Positions 9,393 through 19,163 of a DNA stretch of 64,000 nucleotides are shown here, one piece after another. Numbering within the stretch: the stretch's first letter is position 1; the number at the start of each line of letters is the position of its first letter. The notes beneath the pieces are model-generated. The model did no database searches. It was not told where the DNA came from and worked only from the letters and a program-made list of their open reading frames with translations. The position numbers were made by a program, and so were the translations under genes. This stretch comes from an uncultured Acidimicrobiales bacterium (GTDB taxonomy: Bacteria > Actinomycetota > Acidimicrobiia > Acidimicrobiales > Ilumatobacteraceae): assembly GCA_963728985.1 (NCBI GenBank), contig CAVSME010000008.1, positions 153,485 to 217,484 of the forward strand, in the 5' to 3' direction.

Positions 9393-9436
9393 GTCGACGC
9401 CTCGGCTTCGCCTCGGTCTCGCTGCGCTCGGCGGGC

Positions 9437-9529
9437 GGAATCCTGTTCGGATCGGCGTTTGGGTGCCGATTGCCTCGCCTGGCGGGCCGATCGGCACCCA
9501 TGACCGAATCGGCACCCAACGTCGCTCAC
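9437..9529 (+). repeat. family-1 structured repeat, copy A
   Basis: GGAATCCTGTTCGGATCGGCGTTTGGGTGCCGATTGCCTCGCCTGGCGGGCCGATCGGCACCCATGACCGAATCGGCACCCAACGTCGCT. Nearly identical to 19961..20050 and to the reverse complement of 34894..34985. Confidence 0.9.
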
Positions 9530-9584
9530 GGTACGGTGACCGGCGGGAGCGCCGCCCACGCGGTCGCACCCGAGGAGAAGCGTC

Positions 9585-10487
9585 ATGAGCCCATCGTTGG
9601 AAGGCCGCACCATCGTGATCACCGGTGCCGGCCGAGGCATCGGGCGCGAGCACGCGCTGTTCCTCGCGTCGCACGGCGCGCAACTTGTCATCAACGATCT
9701 GGGCGGGGGCGCCGACGGCACCGGCAGTGATGCCGGTCCGGCCCAGCAACTGGCCGACGAGATCGTGGCCGCCGGGGGTGTCGCCGTCGCCAACGACGAC
9801 GACGTCGCCAGCACCGACGGCGCCCAGCGACTCATCGACACCGCCGTCGAGACGTTCGGCGATCTGCACGGCCTCGTCAACAACGCCGGCATCATCCGCG
9901 ACCGCACGCTTTTCAACATGACCGACGACGACTGGGACGTCTCGATCCGCGTCAACCTGCGGGGGACGTTCGCGCCGTCCCGAGCGGCGGCCCGCTACTG
10001 GCGCGACCGCAGCAAGGCGGGCTCGGACGTTTCGGGCTCCATCGTCAACACGTCGAGCGAGTCGGGTGTCTTCGCCAACGCCGGCCAGAGCAACTACGCC
10101 GCCGCGAAGGCGGGCGTGGCCGCGCTCGTCGAGGTGTGGCACAAGGAGCTCGGACGCTACGGCGTGCGCGTCAACGGCATCCTGCCGCGGGCCCGCACCC
10201 GGCTGACCGACAAGCTGATCGGGGCGCCCAAGGAGGGCAAGCTCGACCGGTGGGACCCGGCCAACATCGCGCCGTTCGTGAGCTACCTGGTGAGCAACGC
10301 CTGTCCCTTCTCCGGGCAGGTGTTCCTGGTCGCCGGCGGCGTCGTGCAGCGAGCGACGCCCTGGAGCCTCGACGCCGAGTGGAAGCTCGACAACGACGGT
10401 CCCTGGGACCTCGACACGCTCATCGCCAGCGCCGGCGCCGCGACTGCTCCCGCGAACGTCGGGCGCGACACCGGGATCGTGCGCTGA
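9585..10487 (+). CDS. SDR family oxidoreductase
   Basis: TGAGRGIG Rossmann motif, NNAG, and S...YxxxK (YAAAKAG). Confidence 0.9.
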   Translation: MSPSLEGRTIVITGAGRGIGREHALFLASHGAQLVINDLGGGADGTGSDAGPAQQLADEIVAAGGVAVANDDDVASTDGAQRLIDTAVETFGDLHGLVNNAGIIRDRTLFNMTDDDWDVSIRVNLRGTFAPSRAAARYWRDRSKAGSDVSGSIVNTSSESGVFANAGQSNYAAAKAGVAALVEVWHKELGRYGVRVNGILPRARTRLTDKLIGAPKEGKLDRWDPANIAPFVSYLVSNACPFSGQVFLVAGGVVQRATPWSLDAEWKLDNDGPWDLDTLIASAGAATAPANVGRDTGIVR

Positions 10488-11221
10488 TGGGACGGCTGGA
10501 TGGCAAGGTGGCCCTCGTGACCGGCGGCGCCCGGGGCCAGGGCGAGGCCGAGGTCCGCCTCTTCGCCGCCGAGGGCGCGCGCGTCATCATCTCGGACGTG
10601 CTGGTCGACGACGGCCGGGCGCTCGCCGCGGAGCTCGGCGACAACGTGGCGTTCAACCGGCACGACGTGTCGAGCGAAGAAGAGTGGGACGCCGCCATCG
10701 TGTTCGCCCGCGAGCACTTCGGCGGGCTGCACGTGCTGGTGAACAACGCCGGGATCACCGGCGGCGGGCCGATCGCGAAGCACACCCTCGCCGACTACGA
10801 GCGGGTCGTCGCCGTCAACCAGGTCGGCGTGTTCCTCGGCATCCGCGCCGCCGTGGCGCCGATGACGGAGGCCGGCGGCGGCTCGATCGTGAACATCTCG
10901 TCGGGCGCCGGGCTGCGCGCCACGAAGTACATGATCGGCTATGCGGCGACGAAGTATGCGGTGACGGGCATGACGGCGGCGGCCGCCCTCGAGCTGGCGC
11001 GCAACGGCATCCGCGTGAACTCCATCCATCCGGGTGTCATCGAGACGCCCATGGTGGCCGGCGCGTCGCCGGACATGATGAGCTCCATGGTGAAGGCGAC
11101 GCCGCTGCGGCGGGTCGGCCAGCCCGAGGAGATCGCCCGCGTCGCGCTGTTCCTCGCGTCGGACGAGTCCTCGTACATGACCGGCGCCCACGTGCCGGTC
11201 GACGGCGGCATCACCGCCTAG
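10487..11221 (+). CDS. SDR family oxidoreductase (hydroxysteroid-dehydrogenase-like)
   Basis: ATG 10487 overlaps the previous stop (TGATG). MGRLDGKVALVTGGARGQG, NNAG, and S...YAATKYAV. The track N-terminus (117 aa) is an artefact. Confidence 0.9.
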   Translation: MGRLDGKVALVTGGARGQGEAEVRLFAAEGARVIISDVLVDDGRALAAELGDNVAFNRHDVSSEEEWDAAIVFAREHFGGLHVLVNNAGITGGGPIAKHTLADYERVVAVNQVGVFLGIRAAVAPMTEAGGGSIVNISSGAGLRATKYMIGYAATKYAVTGMTAAAALELARNGIRVNSIHPGVIETPMVAGASPDMMSSMVKATPLRRVGQPEEIARVALFLASDESSYMTGAHVPVDGGITA

Positions 11222-12458
11222 CAGGGTCCCGTTCGAGGGCCTCCCGATGATCCGGGTGGCTGATGGCGATCAGCCGGCGGGCCCGCTCGGCCAGCGGCTG
11301 GCCGCGCACGTCGGCGACGCCGTACTCGGTCACGAAGACGTCGGCGTCGGCCCGCGCCGTGGTCACGACGCCGTCGGCCAGCCGACCGACGATGCGCGAG
11401 ATCTCGCCGCCCTTGGCTGTGGACGGCAGCGCGATGATCGAGCGACCGTTGGCCGAGGAGATGCCGGCGCGCGCGAAGGCACCCTGGCCACCGATCAATC
11501 CGACCTGGCGACCGCCCACCATCTCGGCGTTGATCTGCCCGGTCAGATCGATCTCGATGGCCGAGTTCACGCCGAAGAACGTCCCGAACGAGCTGAGCAC
11601 GCCGATCCCGTGCGTGTACGACACCGGCTTCATCAGCAGGGCCTCGTTGCCGTCGGCCCAGCGGAAGAGGCGCTCGGTCCCGAAGAGCACGCCGGCCACG
11701 GTGATGCCGGCGTCGATCTCCTTGCGGGCGTTGGTGACGACCCCCGCCTCCACCAGGTCCACCATGGCGTCGCTCACGAGGCCGGAGTGGATGCCGATGT
11801 CGCGGTGGCCGCGCAGCTCAGCCAGCACCGCGTCCGGGGTGCCGCCCACGCCGACCTGCAGGGTCGCGCCGTCGGGGATCAGCGCCGCGACGTGGTGGGC
11901 GATGGCCCGGTCCTCGGCGGTGATCGGGCGCTGCTCCAGCTCGATCAGCGGACGATCGTCGGTCACGACGGCGGCCAGCTGGGACGCGTGCACGACGGTG
12001 TCCCCGAAGGTGCGCGGCACCCGCGGGTTGACCTCGGCGATCGTCACCCGCGCCGCGGCCACCGCCTGCAGGAGGTAGTCGCTGGTGACACCGAGCGAGT
12101 GGCGGCCCTCGGCGTCGGCCGCGCTGAGCTGGATGAGGGCGACGTCGACGTGGAGGCGCCCGGTGGCGATGAGCTGGGCGATGGTGCCCAGATGGATCGG
12201 AAGGACGTCGACGACACCGGCTCTCGTCAATGTCGCCGTGGAGCCCAACCCGCCGATCGACCAGAAGCGCAGCACGTCGGCGTGCTCGGGCTGCAGCAGG
12301 CCCGTGAACGACGCGCCGACGAAGACGGTGACGGGTCCGATGGCGTGACGCTGGGCGATGAGGCTCTCCACCAGCACGCGGGGCTCGGCGCTGCCCTGGC
12401 CGATGAGCACCGTGTCGCCGGGCCGGATGTAGCGGGTGAGATCGATGGCCGTGGTCAC
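11211..12458 (-). CDS. acetyl-CoA hydrolase/transferase family protein
   Basis: TTAIDLTRYIRPGDTVLIGQGSAEP...VNSAIEIDLTGQINAE...GGQGAFARA are family hallmarks. GTG 12458 was chosen; the upstream 134 track codons are R/S/P-rich junk. Confidence 0.85.
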   Translation of the reverse strand: MTTAIDLTRYIRPGDTVLIGQGSAEPRVLVESLIAQRHAIGPVTVFVGASFTGLLQPEHADVLRFWSIGGLGSTATLTRAGVVDVLPIHLGTIAQLIATGRLHVDVALIQLSAADAEGRHSLGVTSDYLLQAVAAARVTIAEVNPRVPRTFGDTVVHASQLAAVVTDDRPLIELEQRPITAEDRAIAHHVAALIPDGATLQVGVGGTPDAVLAELRGHRDIGIHSGLVSDAMVDLVEAGVVTNARKEIDAGITVAGVLFGTERLFRWADGNEALLMKPVSYTHGIGVLSSFGTFFGVNSAIEIDLTGQINAEMVGGRQVGLIGGQGAFARAGISSANGRSIIALPSTAKGGEISRIVGRLADGVVTTARADADVFVTEYGVADVRGQPLAERARRLIAISHPDHREALERDPARR

Positions 12459-12519
12459 GCCGGCGAGGACGCTACATCGCCGCCGAGCGCCGACCGATGG
12501 AGCGCGCGACCATGGCGCC

Positions 12520-12963
12520 GTGGAGATCGTGATCGACGGCCACAACCTGCCCGGGCGGACGTTCGACGGCGGCGACGAACCGGCGCCCAACGTGCACGTC
12601 GGCGTGCAGGTCCGGCGGGATCCCGTCGACCTCGTGCCCGGGGACGCACCGTCGGCCCGGTGGCAGCTCGACGTGCGCGTCGAGGTGGACGACGACGGCG
12701 CGTTCGACTTCAAGGGCCCGGCCGTCCAGGGTCGCCGCGGGGAACGCTTCCTGTACCTGACGTGGGGTGACGTCGGCGCCGACGGCAGCTTCCGGATGTT
12801 CCGCCGGGCCAAGCTCATGCTCGGCCAGGTCGAGCCCGGGCTCATCCGGGACGCGTCCACGGGCGGGCGACCGCTCCACGCGACCGTCGACCTGACGGAC
12901 GGCGGTGGCGGGCCGCGCTGCGGCCGCGTGACGCCGCCCGCCCTGTCGTGGTCCTCCGCCTGA
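12520..12963 (+). CDS. DUF5990-like protein
   Basis: VEIVIDGHNLPGRTF...NVHVGVQ...GPAVQGRRGERFLYLTWG...FRMFRRAKLML matches my recollection of this family. GTG start at 12520. Confidence 0.6.
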   Translation: MEIVIDGHNLPGRTFDGGDEPAPNVHVGVQVRRDPVDLVPGDAPSARWQLDVRVEVDDDGAFDFKGPAVQGRRGERFLYLTWGDVGADGSFRMFRRAKLMLGQVEPGLIRDASTGGRPLHATVDLTDGGGGPRCGRVTPPALSWSSA

Positions 12964-13019
12964 CCCCGTTCCCGAGCACGACGACGCGCGGTGTGTCACC
13001 GTGTCATCGCACGCCGTGA

Positions 13020-13057
13020 GGTGGGGTTAGACCCCTCCCGACCTGGGGTACCCCACC
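13020..13057 (+). terminator. nested hairpin (possible terminator or structured leader)
   Basis: GGTGGGG (13020-13026) pairs with CCCCACC (13051-13057), with an inner ACCCC/GGGGT pairing. It lies 57 nt after the DUF5990 stop. Confidence 0.3.
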
Positions 13058-13152
13058 GGACGCCGCCGGCAGGAGGAGGGGTGGAGATGGTGAAGGCAAT
13101 GGTCGGCGCGGCGCTGGTCGCCGCCGTCAGAAAGGTCGCGTAGCCGGCCGAG

Positions 13153-13548
13153 ATGGACTGGGAGGGACCCTTCGGACCAGACGGGAACAGCGTCGCTGCG
13201 GCCCGGCGGTTCGCGCAGGCGCGTTTCGAGCGCGTCACACCGAGGTGCTTGTCCGACCTGCTGCTGGTCGTGTCCGAGCTCGCCACCAATGCCGTGATGC
13301 ACGCGCGGACCCCGTTCTCGGTCGGCTTGAACCTCGGCGGCGGTATGGCTCGCGTCGAGGTCGTCGACGGCGCGCCGGAACTGCCCAGCGGACGGTCGCT
13401 GGCTCTGAGCAGGTCCAACGGGCGAGGCCTGCTCATCGTGGCCACGCTGGCCGACGAGTGGGGCGTGGACTGGCATCAGGACACCAAGACGGTCTGGGCC
13501 GAGCTCTCCGTCACCCTGGCCAACCCGCTGCGATTCGGCTTCCTCTAG
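13153..13548 (+). CDS. ATP-binding protein, RsbW/SpoIIAB-like anti-sigma-factor kinase fold
   Basis: 131 aa with LVVSELATNAVMHA (N-box) and NGRGLLIVATLADEWG (G-box). Confidence 0.75.
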   Translation: MDWEGPFGPDGNSVAAARRFAQARFERVTPRCLSDLLLVVSELATNAVMHARTPFSVGLNLGGGMARVEVVDGAPELPSGRSLALSRSNGRGLLIVATLADEWGVDWHQDTKTVWAELSVTLANPLRFGFL

Positions 13549-13552
13549 CCCG

Positions 13553-14972
13553 TCACGGGTGGGCGCGCTGGTGCCAGCGCAGCATGCTGCGGTGGTGGGT
13601 GGGGTTGGGGGCGCCCACGAACCGCAGGGCGACCACGAGGCCGGCGGCGGCCAGAGCGGCGTCCACCCGGAACGCCCGACTGATCCCGACGGCCAGCGAG
13701 GACGCCGACGCCACGATGGCGGTGTTGAGGCCGAGGCCGATCGCCCCACCGGCGATCTGGCACATGTAGACGATGCCGCCGGCCAGGCTGGAGCGTGACG
13801 GGTCGAGCGAGGTGATGGCCACCGTGGTGATCGACGAGTAGAAGAGGCCCACGCCGATGCCGAGCACGATCATGCCCGGCACGAGCGACACGTAGCTCGA
13901 GCCGTCCTCGATGAACGACAGCACGAAGATGCCGATGCCCAGGCACGCCGCGCCCACACCGACGATGAGCCGGGCACCGAGGCGGTCGTAGAGCGATCCG
14001 GCGACGAACGACGTCACGGCGAACATGCCCATCATGGGCAGGAGCCCGGCGCCCGAGCGCACGGCGGAGTAGCCGAGCGCGCTCGTCATGAACTGCGGCA
14101 GGTACAGCAACGCCGAGAAGAAGATGGCCGACATCATGAGCACGGACAGGCTGGCCCCGGCGAACGTGCGGTTGCGCAGGACGTCACGGGGCACCAGGGC
14201 GGCGTCGCCCTGGCGGGCTTCGACGACGGCGAAGACCACGAGTAGCCCCACCGCCAGCGCGAACAACGCGAGGATGCCGGGGCTGGCGAAGCCCGCGTCG
14301 GTGCCTTGGTCGAGAGCCAGGAGCAGTGACACCACCCCGACCGACAGCGCCGCCACGCCGAGATAGTCGATGCGAGGCTCGCCGGCGTCGGCTCGGCTCT
14401 CGGTCACCTCCCGTTGCGTCACGAACATGGCGAACGCGGTGATCGGCAGGTTCACCAGGAACACCCACCGCCAGCTGAAGACGTCGGTGAGGAAGCCGCC
14501 GAACATCGGCCCTACGGCGTTGCCGAAGCCGGCGACGCCGAGCACGAGCCCGCCGGCGAGACCGGCCTTGTCGTCGGGCAGGATGGCGTAGGTCATCCCG
14601 AGGATGGCCGGCCACATCAGCGCCCCGCCGATGCCCATGAACGATCGGCAGGCGATGAGCAGGCCCACGTTCGGGGCCAGGCCACCGAGCAACGAGAAGC
14701 CGGCGAAGACAGCCCCGCCGATGAGGAAGATGCGCTTGCGGCCGAACAGGTCCGCGAGACGCCCGCCGGTGACGATGAGCACGCCGAAGACCGAGCGCGT
14801 AGCCGTTGATCACCCACTGCGCCGTGGTGATGTCCGTCCCGAGGTCGGCCTCGATCTTGGGGATGGCCACGCTCAGCGCCGTGAAGTCGTTGGCGATGAC
14901 GAACACGCCCAGCGCCATCGCCACCAGCGCCAGCACCGTGCCCCGGCCCAGCTGCGACCCGGTCGTGCTCAC
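13553..14972 (-). pseudogene. DHA2-family MFS transporter with a one-base frame disruption
   Basis: Frame A gives MSTTGSQLGRGTVLALVAMALGVFVIANDFTALSVAIPKIEADLG..AQWVINGYAL. The protein continues in frame B (V)FGVLIVTGGRLADLFGRKR... through about 14 TM segments. An extra base lies near 14788-14796. Confidence 0.8.
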
Positions 14973-15044
14973 TGCTCGCTCCCCCTTCCGAGCGCCGCTC
15001 CCGCTCGTCCGGCGTATTGAAGCGCGTTTGCGGGGTGAGTGCCC

Positions 15045-15260
15045 CTACCGGGCCCCGATCGCCTGCAGGGCCCAGCCGTTCCCGTCGGGGTGGGAGAAGA
15101 ACACGAACCGCCCCCAGGTCGAAGGCCGGGGCGGCGCTGACGGCGACCCCTCGCTCGACGAGCTGGGGGACGCGCCAGTGCCCCGACCGACTCCGAGGTC
15201 AGCGGGGCACCAGTGTGTGGGCATTGCGTTGGTTGCCGGTGCTCTACCCATCGGACCGGC
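15045..15260 (-). pseudogene. VOC/glyoxalase-family remnant
   Basis: The C-terminal signature RFVFFSHPDGNGWALQ is joined to LVERGVAVSAAPAFDLG in another frame across a C5/G5 run (15111-15115). Only about 70 codons are recognisable. Confidence 0.4.
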
Positions 15261-15275
15261 GCCGGCAGACGGTCG

Positions 15276-15998
15276 TCACGGAATCGTCATACTCCTGCCA
15301 GGGGCCATGGCCTCGAGCACGACGGCCAGTTCGGCCAGGTCGGGCAGCACGAGGTCGGCGTCGCTGCCCGACAGATCGTCGTAGGCATGGGCGCCCGTCC
15401 CCACGAGCAGGCAGCGCACGCCGGCGGCGCGGGCGGCCACCAGGTCGCGCGGCGTGTCCCCGATCACCCACACCCGCTCCCGATCGACGGCGGCGCCGGT
15501 GGCCGTCACCCTCGTGATGGCCAGCTCGACCAGCGCGGCGCGGTCGGTGTGCTCGTCGCTGCCGTACGCGCCGCACTCGAGTCGCAGCCGCTCGACGAGG
15601 CGCGCCGCCGCCAACTTCTGGCGCGCCACCACCTCGATGTTGCCGGTCACCACGGTCTGGACCGCCCCCGGGAGGGCGAGCGCGTCCAGCGCCGCGACCA
15701 CGCCCGGCATGACCTTCACGGTGGCCAGGAGGTCGGCGTCGAGGGCGGCGTAGCCCCGCACCAGTGCCTCGAGGACGGCAGGCACCAGGGACACGTCGTC
15801 CACGCCGACCGCACCGAGGAGCAGCGTGGCGATGTCCGGGTCGGTGCGCCCGCCGAAGTCGAGCCGCTCCGGTGTCCATGTCCGGCCCGTGACCTCCTCG
15901 ACGGCGGCGATGAACGCCCGTGCGCCGATGCCCGACGACCGCATCAGCGTGCCGTCGATGTCCCATAGGACGACGAGCGGCGGCTCGGGCGCCGTCAC
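15276..15998 (-). CDS. HAD family hydrolase
   Basis: VLWDIDGTL (motif I), VVTGN (motif II), and IGDTPRD (motif IV). The GTG start overlaps the upstream stop (GTGA). Confidence 0.85.
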   Translation of the reverse strand: MTAPEPPLVVLWDIDGTLMRSSGIGARAFIAAVEEVTGRTWTPERLDFGGRTDPDIATLLLGAVGVDDVSLVPAVLEALVRGYAALDADLLATVKVMPGVVAALDALALPGAVQTVVTGNIEVVARQKLAAARLVERLRLECGAYGSDEHTDRAALVELAITRVTATGAAVDRERVWVIGDTPRDLVAARAAGVRCLLVGTGAHAYDDLSGSDADLVLPDLAELAVVLEAMAPGRSMTIP

Positions 15999-17224
15999 AC
16001 CAACGCTTGGTGCACGAGCACCTTGAGCTGGGAGCGCAGCGGGTGGGTGCTCGACGGCAGCAGTTGCGTGAGGAACACGGCGGTGATGTCCTCGATCGGG
16101 TCCACCCAGAACGCGGTGCTGGCGGCGCCGCCCCAGCCGAACTCACCCCGCGAGCCGGGCACCTTGGCCTTGACCGGATCGACCGTGACCGACACGCCGA
16201 GGCCGAAGCCCACGCCGTCGAACGCCGTTTCGGCGAACAACGGCCGGCCGAAGGCGGTGAGGTCGGCCCCGTCGGGCAGGTGGTTCGAGGCCATGTAGCG
16301 CACGGTGCGCGAGCCGAGCAGCCGCACCCCGTCGATCTCGCCCCGGCCCGCCAGCATCTGGGCGAAGCGGTGGTAGTCGGCCGCCGTCGTGACCAGGCCG
16401 CCGCCACCGGACAAGTACGTGGGGGGCTCGAGCGCGTTGCGACCCATCGAATCGAGGCGCCGGGCCTCCAACGTGCCCGGCTCCGGCGTGTACAGCGCCG
16501 CCAGCCGGCCGTGCTCGGCCTCCGGCACGAAGAAGCCGGTGTCGACCATGCCGAGCGGCCCGAAGATGCGTTCGGCGAAGAACTGATCGAGCGGCATGCC
16601 CGACGCCACCTCCACCACGCGGCCGAGGACGTCGGTGGCGTGGCTGTAGGCCCACTCGGCGCCCGGCTGGAACAGGAGGGGCAGGGCGGCCAGGTGGTCG
16701 CAGACGGCGGCGAGGTCGGCGCCCTCGGGCACACCCCACTCGAACCCGGCCCGGCGGTACAGCTCGTCGACGGCGTGGGAGGCGACGAACCCGTAGGTCA
16801 GCCCACTCGTGTGGGTGAGGAGGTGCCAGATCGCCATCGGCTCCACGATGGGGTCGGTGACCGGCTTGAGGAACGTCCCGCTGCGCCAGACGCGGGCGTC
16901 GGCGAAGGCGGGGATGTACTTCGAGACCGGATCCTTCAGCTCGAACACACCCTCCTCCCACAGCATGAGCGCGGCGACGGAGGTGATCGGCTTGGTCATC
17001 GAGTAGGCCCGGAAGATCGTGTCGAGCTCGATCGGCGCCCCCGCCTCCATGTCGCGCTGCCCGCACGTCTCGACCAGCACGACCTGGCCGTCTCGGGCCA
17101 CGACGAGCGTCCACCCCGGCAGCAGGCCGTCGTCCACGTAGCGCCGCAGCCGGGCGCCGATCCGTTGCAGGCGACTCGCATCGAACCCCGCCTCTTGCGC
17201 TTCGACCTCGACCTTCAGCTCCAT
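15995..17224 (-). CDS. serine hydrolase (beta-lactamase/esterase family)
   Basis: ATG 17224 is preceded by GAGGAGG. MELKVEVEAQEAGF...FRAYSMTKPITS (SxxK)...YSHATDVLG. The upstream ~600 track codons are an artefact. Confidence 0.9.
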   Translation of the reverse strand: MELKVEVEAQEAGFDASRLQRIGARLRRYVDDGLLPGWTLVVARDGQVVLVETCGQRDMEAGAPIELDTIFRAYSMTKPITSVAALMLWEEGVFELKDPVSKYIPAFADARVWRSGTFLKPVTDPIVEPMAIWHLLTHTSGLTYGFVASHAVDELYRRAGFEWGVPEGADLAAVCDHLAALPLLFQPGAEWAYSHATDVLGRVVEVASGMPLDQFFAERIFGPLGMVDTGFFVPEAEHGRLAALYTPEPGTLEARRLDSMGRNALEPPTYLSGGGGLVTTAADYHRFAQMLAGRGEIDGVRLLGSRTVRYMASNHLPDGADLTAFGRPLFAETAFDGVGFGLGVSVTVDPVKAKVPGSRGEFGWGGAASTAFWVDPIEDITAVFLTQLLPSSTHPLRSQLKVLVHQALV

Positions 17225-17265
17225 GGGAGCCTCCTCTCGACCGTGGCAGCGTAGAGGCGCCCGTC

Positions 17266-17685
17266 TCACGCCTCGAAGTACGACTCGGTGAGCCAGGCCC
17301 GCACGTCGTCGTCGACGTCGGCCGGGGTGTGCAGCCGCACGACGTGGTGGGTGCGCCGGGCGGAGCCGGCCATCCGCCTGGTGATCTTGGGGTCGGTCAC
17401 CACCCGGCTGAGGGCGAACGACAGGGACACCCAGCGCACCATGGGGCGCAGCTCGGCGAAGGGCCGGTCGCGCTTCAGGAAGATCCCCACCGACACCGGC
17501 TCGACGTGCACGGGTCCGAGCGTCTCCAGGTGGGCCAGCACGGCCTCGAACACCGGCCGCTCGTGGGCTGGGCCGGTGGCGAAGTATTCCTCGAGTGCCA
17601 TCGCCGGTTCGCACTCGTGCGACTGGCCGTCCCGGCTGAACAGGCGGCGGCACGACGGGCACGTCCATCCCGGCACGGCGCCCAT
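17266..17685 (-). CDS. hypothetical protein (DUF5655-like) with N-terminal CxxC..HxC
   Basis: 139-aa protein-like ORF: [19 protein letters not shown]...[14 protein letters not shown]. Confidence 0.6.
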   Translation of the reverse strand: MGAVPGWTCPSCRRLFSRDGQSHECEPAMALEEYFATGPAHERPVFEAVLAHLETLGPVHVEPVSVGIFLKRDRPFAELRPMVRWVSLSFALSRVVTDPKITRRMAGSARRTHHVVRLHTPADVDDDVRAWLTESYFEA

Positions 17686-17737
17686 GATCGCGGGAAATCC
17701 CGGTCACCGGCGGCCGGGCCATCGCTACCGTCGGCCC

Positions 17738-19126
17738 ATGGAGCGGCCTGACTACCTCGCGCTGCTGCGACCCCTGATCGCCGGGCGCCGGGTCATCCTC
17801 GCCGGCGGCGTGGTCGCCGCCTCCACCCCCGTCGCCGAGCTGATCCACCGCCTCGGCGCCGAGGCCATCCTCATCGTCGGCACGGAAGGGATGGGCGCTG
17901 GGCCGCCGCCGGCGCCGGAGGTGGCGAGCTGGGTGGCCGCCGAACTGCCGCCCATGCCGTCCATCGTCGCCATGATCCGCGCCGGCAACCGGCTGCTGGC
18001 CGAGCCCCCGCCGGAGTTCCGGCGCGCCGTCGAGGAGTTCGATCCTGCGGGCACGGCCCTCGTCATCGGGACGTTCCTGAACGAGGCGCCGCAGTTGCTG
18101 GGGCGGCCGTTCCTCGCTCACCGCCGCGCCGCGTGGGTGGCGCTCGACGACAAGACCATCGTGGACGCCCTGTGGGACGAGGTCGGCGTCGCTCGCGCTC
18201 CCTCGGCGGTCGTGCCGCTCGCCGGTGATGCCGCCCGCGCCGCCGCCGCCGAGCTGGACGCCGGTTCCGGCACGGTGTGGGCGGCCGACTCGTCCGAGGG
18301 TTGGCACGGTGGGGCGGACGGGCTCCGATGGGTGCGGGGCGCCCCCGACGTCGACGATGCCGTGCGGGCCTTCGCCGGCCGGGCCCGGCACGTGCGCATC
18401 ATGCCGTTCCTCCAGGGCGTGCCGTGCAGCATCCACGGCATCGTCTACGCCGACGACGTCATCGCGTTGCGCCCGGTCGAGCAGATCACCCTTCGCCGCG
18501 CCGACCAGCCGACCTTCTTCTACGCCGGCTGCGCCACGTTCTACGACCCACCGGAACCCGTCCGCGAGTCGATGCGGGCCATGGCTCGGCGCGTCGGTGA
18601 CCACCTTCGCGACCGCGTGGACTTCCGCGGTGCGTTCACGATCGACGGCGTCATCGCCGCCGACGGCTTCCGCCCGACCGAGCTCAACCCGCGCTCGGGG
18701 GCCGGCCTCCTGGTGCTCGAGCGCGGGCAGCCGGAGGTGCCGTTGTCGCTGCTGCTCGAGTTCCTCGTCGGCGGGCACGACCTGGGGTACGACCCGCGGG
18801 AGCTGGAGTGCACGCTCGTCGAGGGCGCCGATGCCCACCGCGGCGGTGGAACGTGGCACGGCGTTGCCGCGACCGTTCCCGAGACGTCGGAGCGCGAGGT
18901 GATCGGTGGTCCGGACGGGTGGCGCTGGGCCGCCGGGGCCGACACGGCCACCGGTGAGGTCAGCGCCGGCCCCAGCAGCATGGGCGGCTTCGTGCGCCTG
19001 CGCGCCTTCGGCCACGACACGGCGACCGGCCCGTCGTTCGGTCCCGCGGCGGTGGCCTTCTGGGCCTTCGCCGATCGCGCGCTGGGCACCGACGTGGGTC
19101 CGCTGGAGCCCGCCGTCCCGAGCTGA
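17738..19126 (+). CDS. ATP-grasp-like hypothetical protein
   Basis: ATG 17738. VRIMPFLQGVPCSIHGIV...FRGAFTIDGVIAADGFRPTELNPRSGAG resembles the ATP-grasp C-terminal half. The upstream 150 track codons are an artefact antisense to 17266..17685. Confidence 0.6.
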   Translation: MERPDYLALLRPLIAGRRVILAGGVVAASTPVAELIHRLGAEAILIVGTEGMGAGPPPAPEVASWVAAELPPMPSIVAMIRAGNRLLAEPPPEFRRAVEEFDPAGTALVIGTFLNEAPQLLGRPFLAHRRAAWVALDDKTIVDALWDEVGVARAPSAVVPLAGDAARAAAAELDAGSGTVWAADSSEGWHGGADGLRWVRGAPDVDDAVRAFAGRARHVRIMPFLQGVPCSIHGIVYADDVIALRPVEQITLRRADQPTFFYAGCATFYDPPEPVRESMRAMARRVGDHLRDRVDFRGAFTIDGVIAADGFRPTELNPRSGAGLLVLERGQPEVPLSLLLEFLVGGHDLGYDPRELECTLVEGADAHRGGGTWHGVAATVPETSEREVIGGPDGWRWAAGADTATGEVSAGPSSMGGFVRLRAFGHDTATGPSFGPAAVAFWAFADRALGTDVGPLEPAVPS

Positions 19127-19163
19127 GGGCTAGGCGCCCGACGGCCCGGGTAGGTCCGAGGCC

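Noticed and set aside
8956-9519. Recurring peptides MGADSVMGADRPARRGNRHPNAD... and ...RSWVPIGPPGEAIGTQTPIG... in several track ORFs (8956..9519 -, 18960..20039 -, 19762..20043 -, 34881..35411 +, 34904..35632 +), which could be taken for a conserved small-protein family.
   Set aside because: They are translations of the family-1 DNA repeat in different frames and strands. There are no consistent starts, stops or ribosome-binding sites.
13087-13143. An 18-codon ORF (MVKAMVGAALVAAVRKVA) with a GGAGGAGGGG upstream, just before the RsbW-like gene, as a possible leader or small membrane peptide.
   Set aside because: It is too short and compositionally ordinary to distinguish from chance in GC-rich DNA, and I could assess no conservation.
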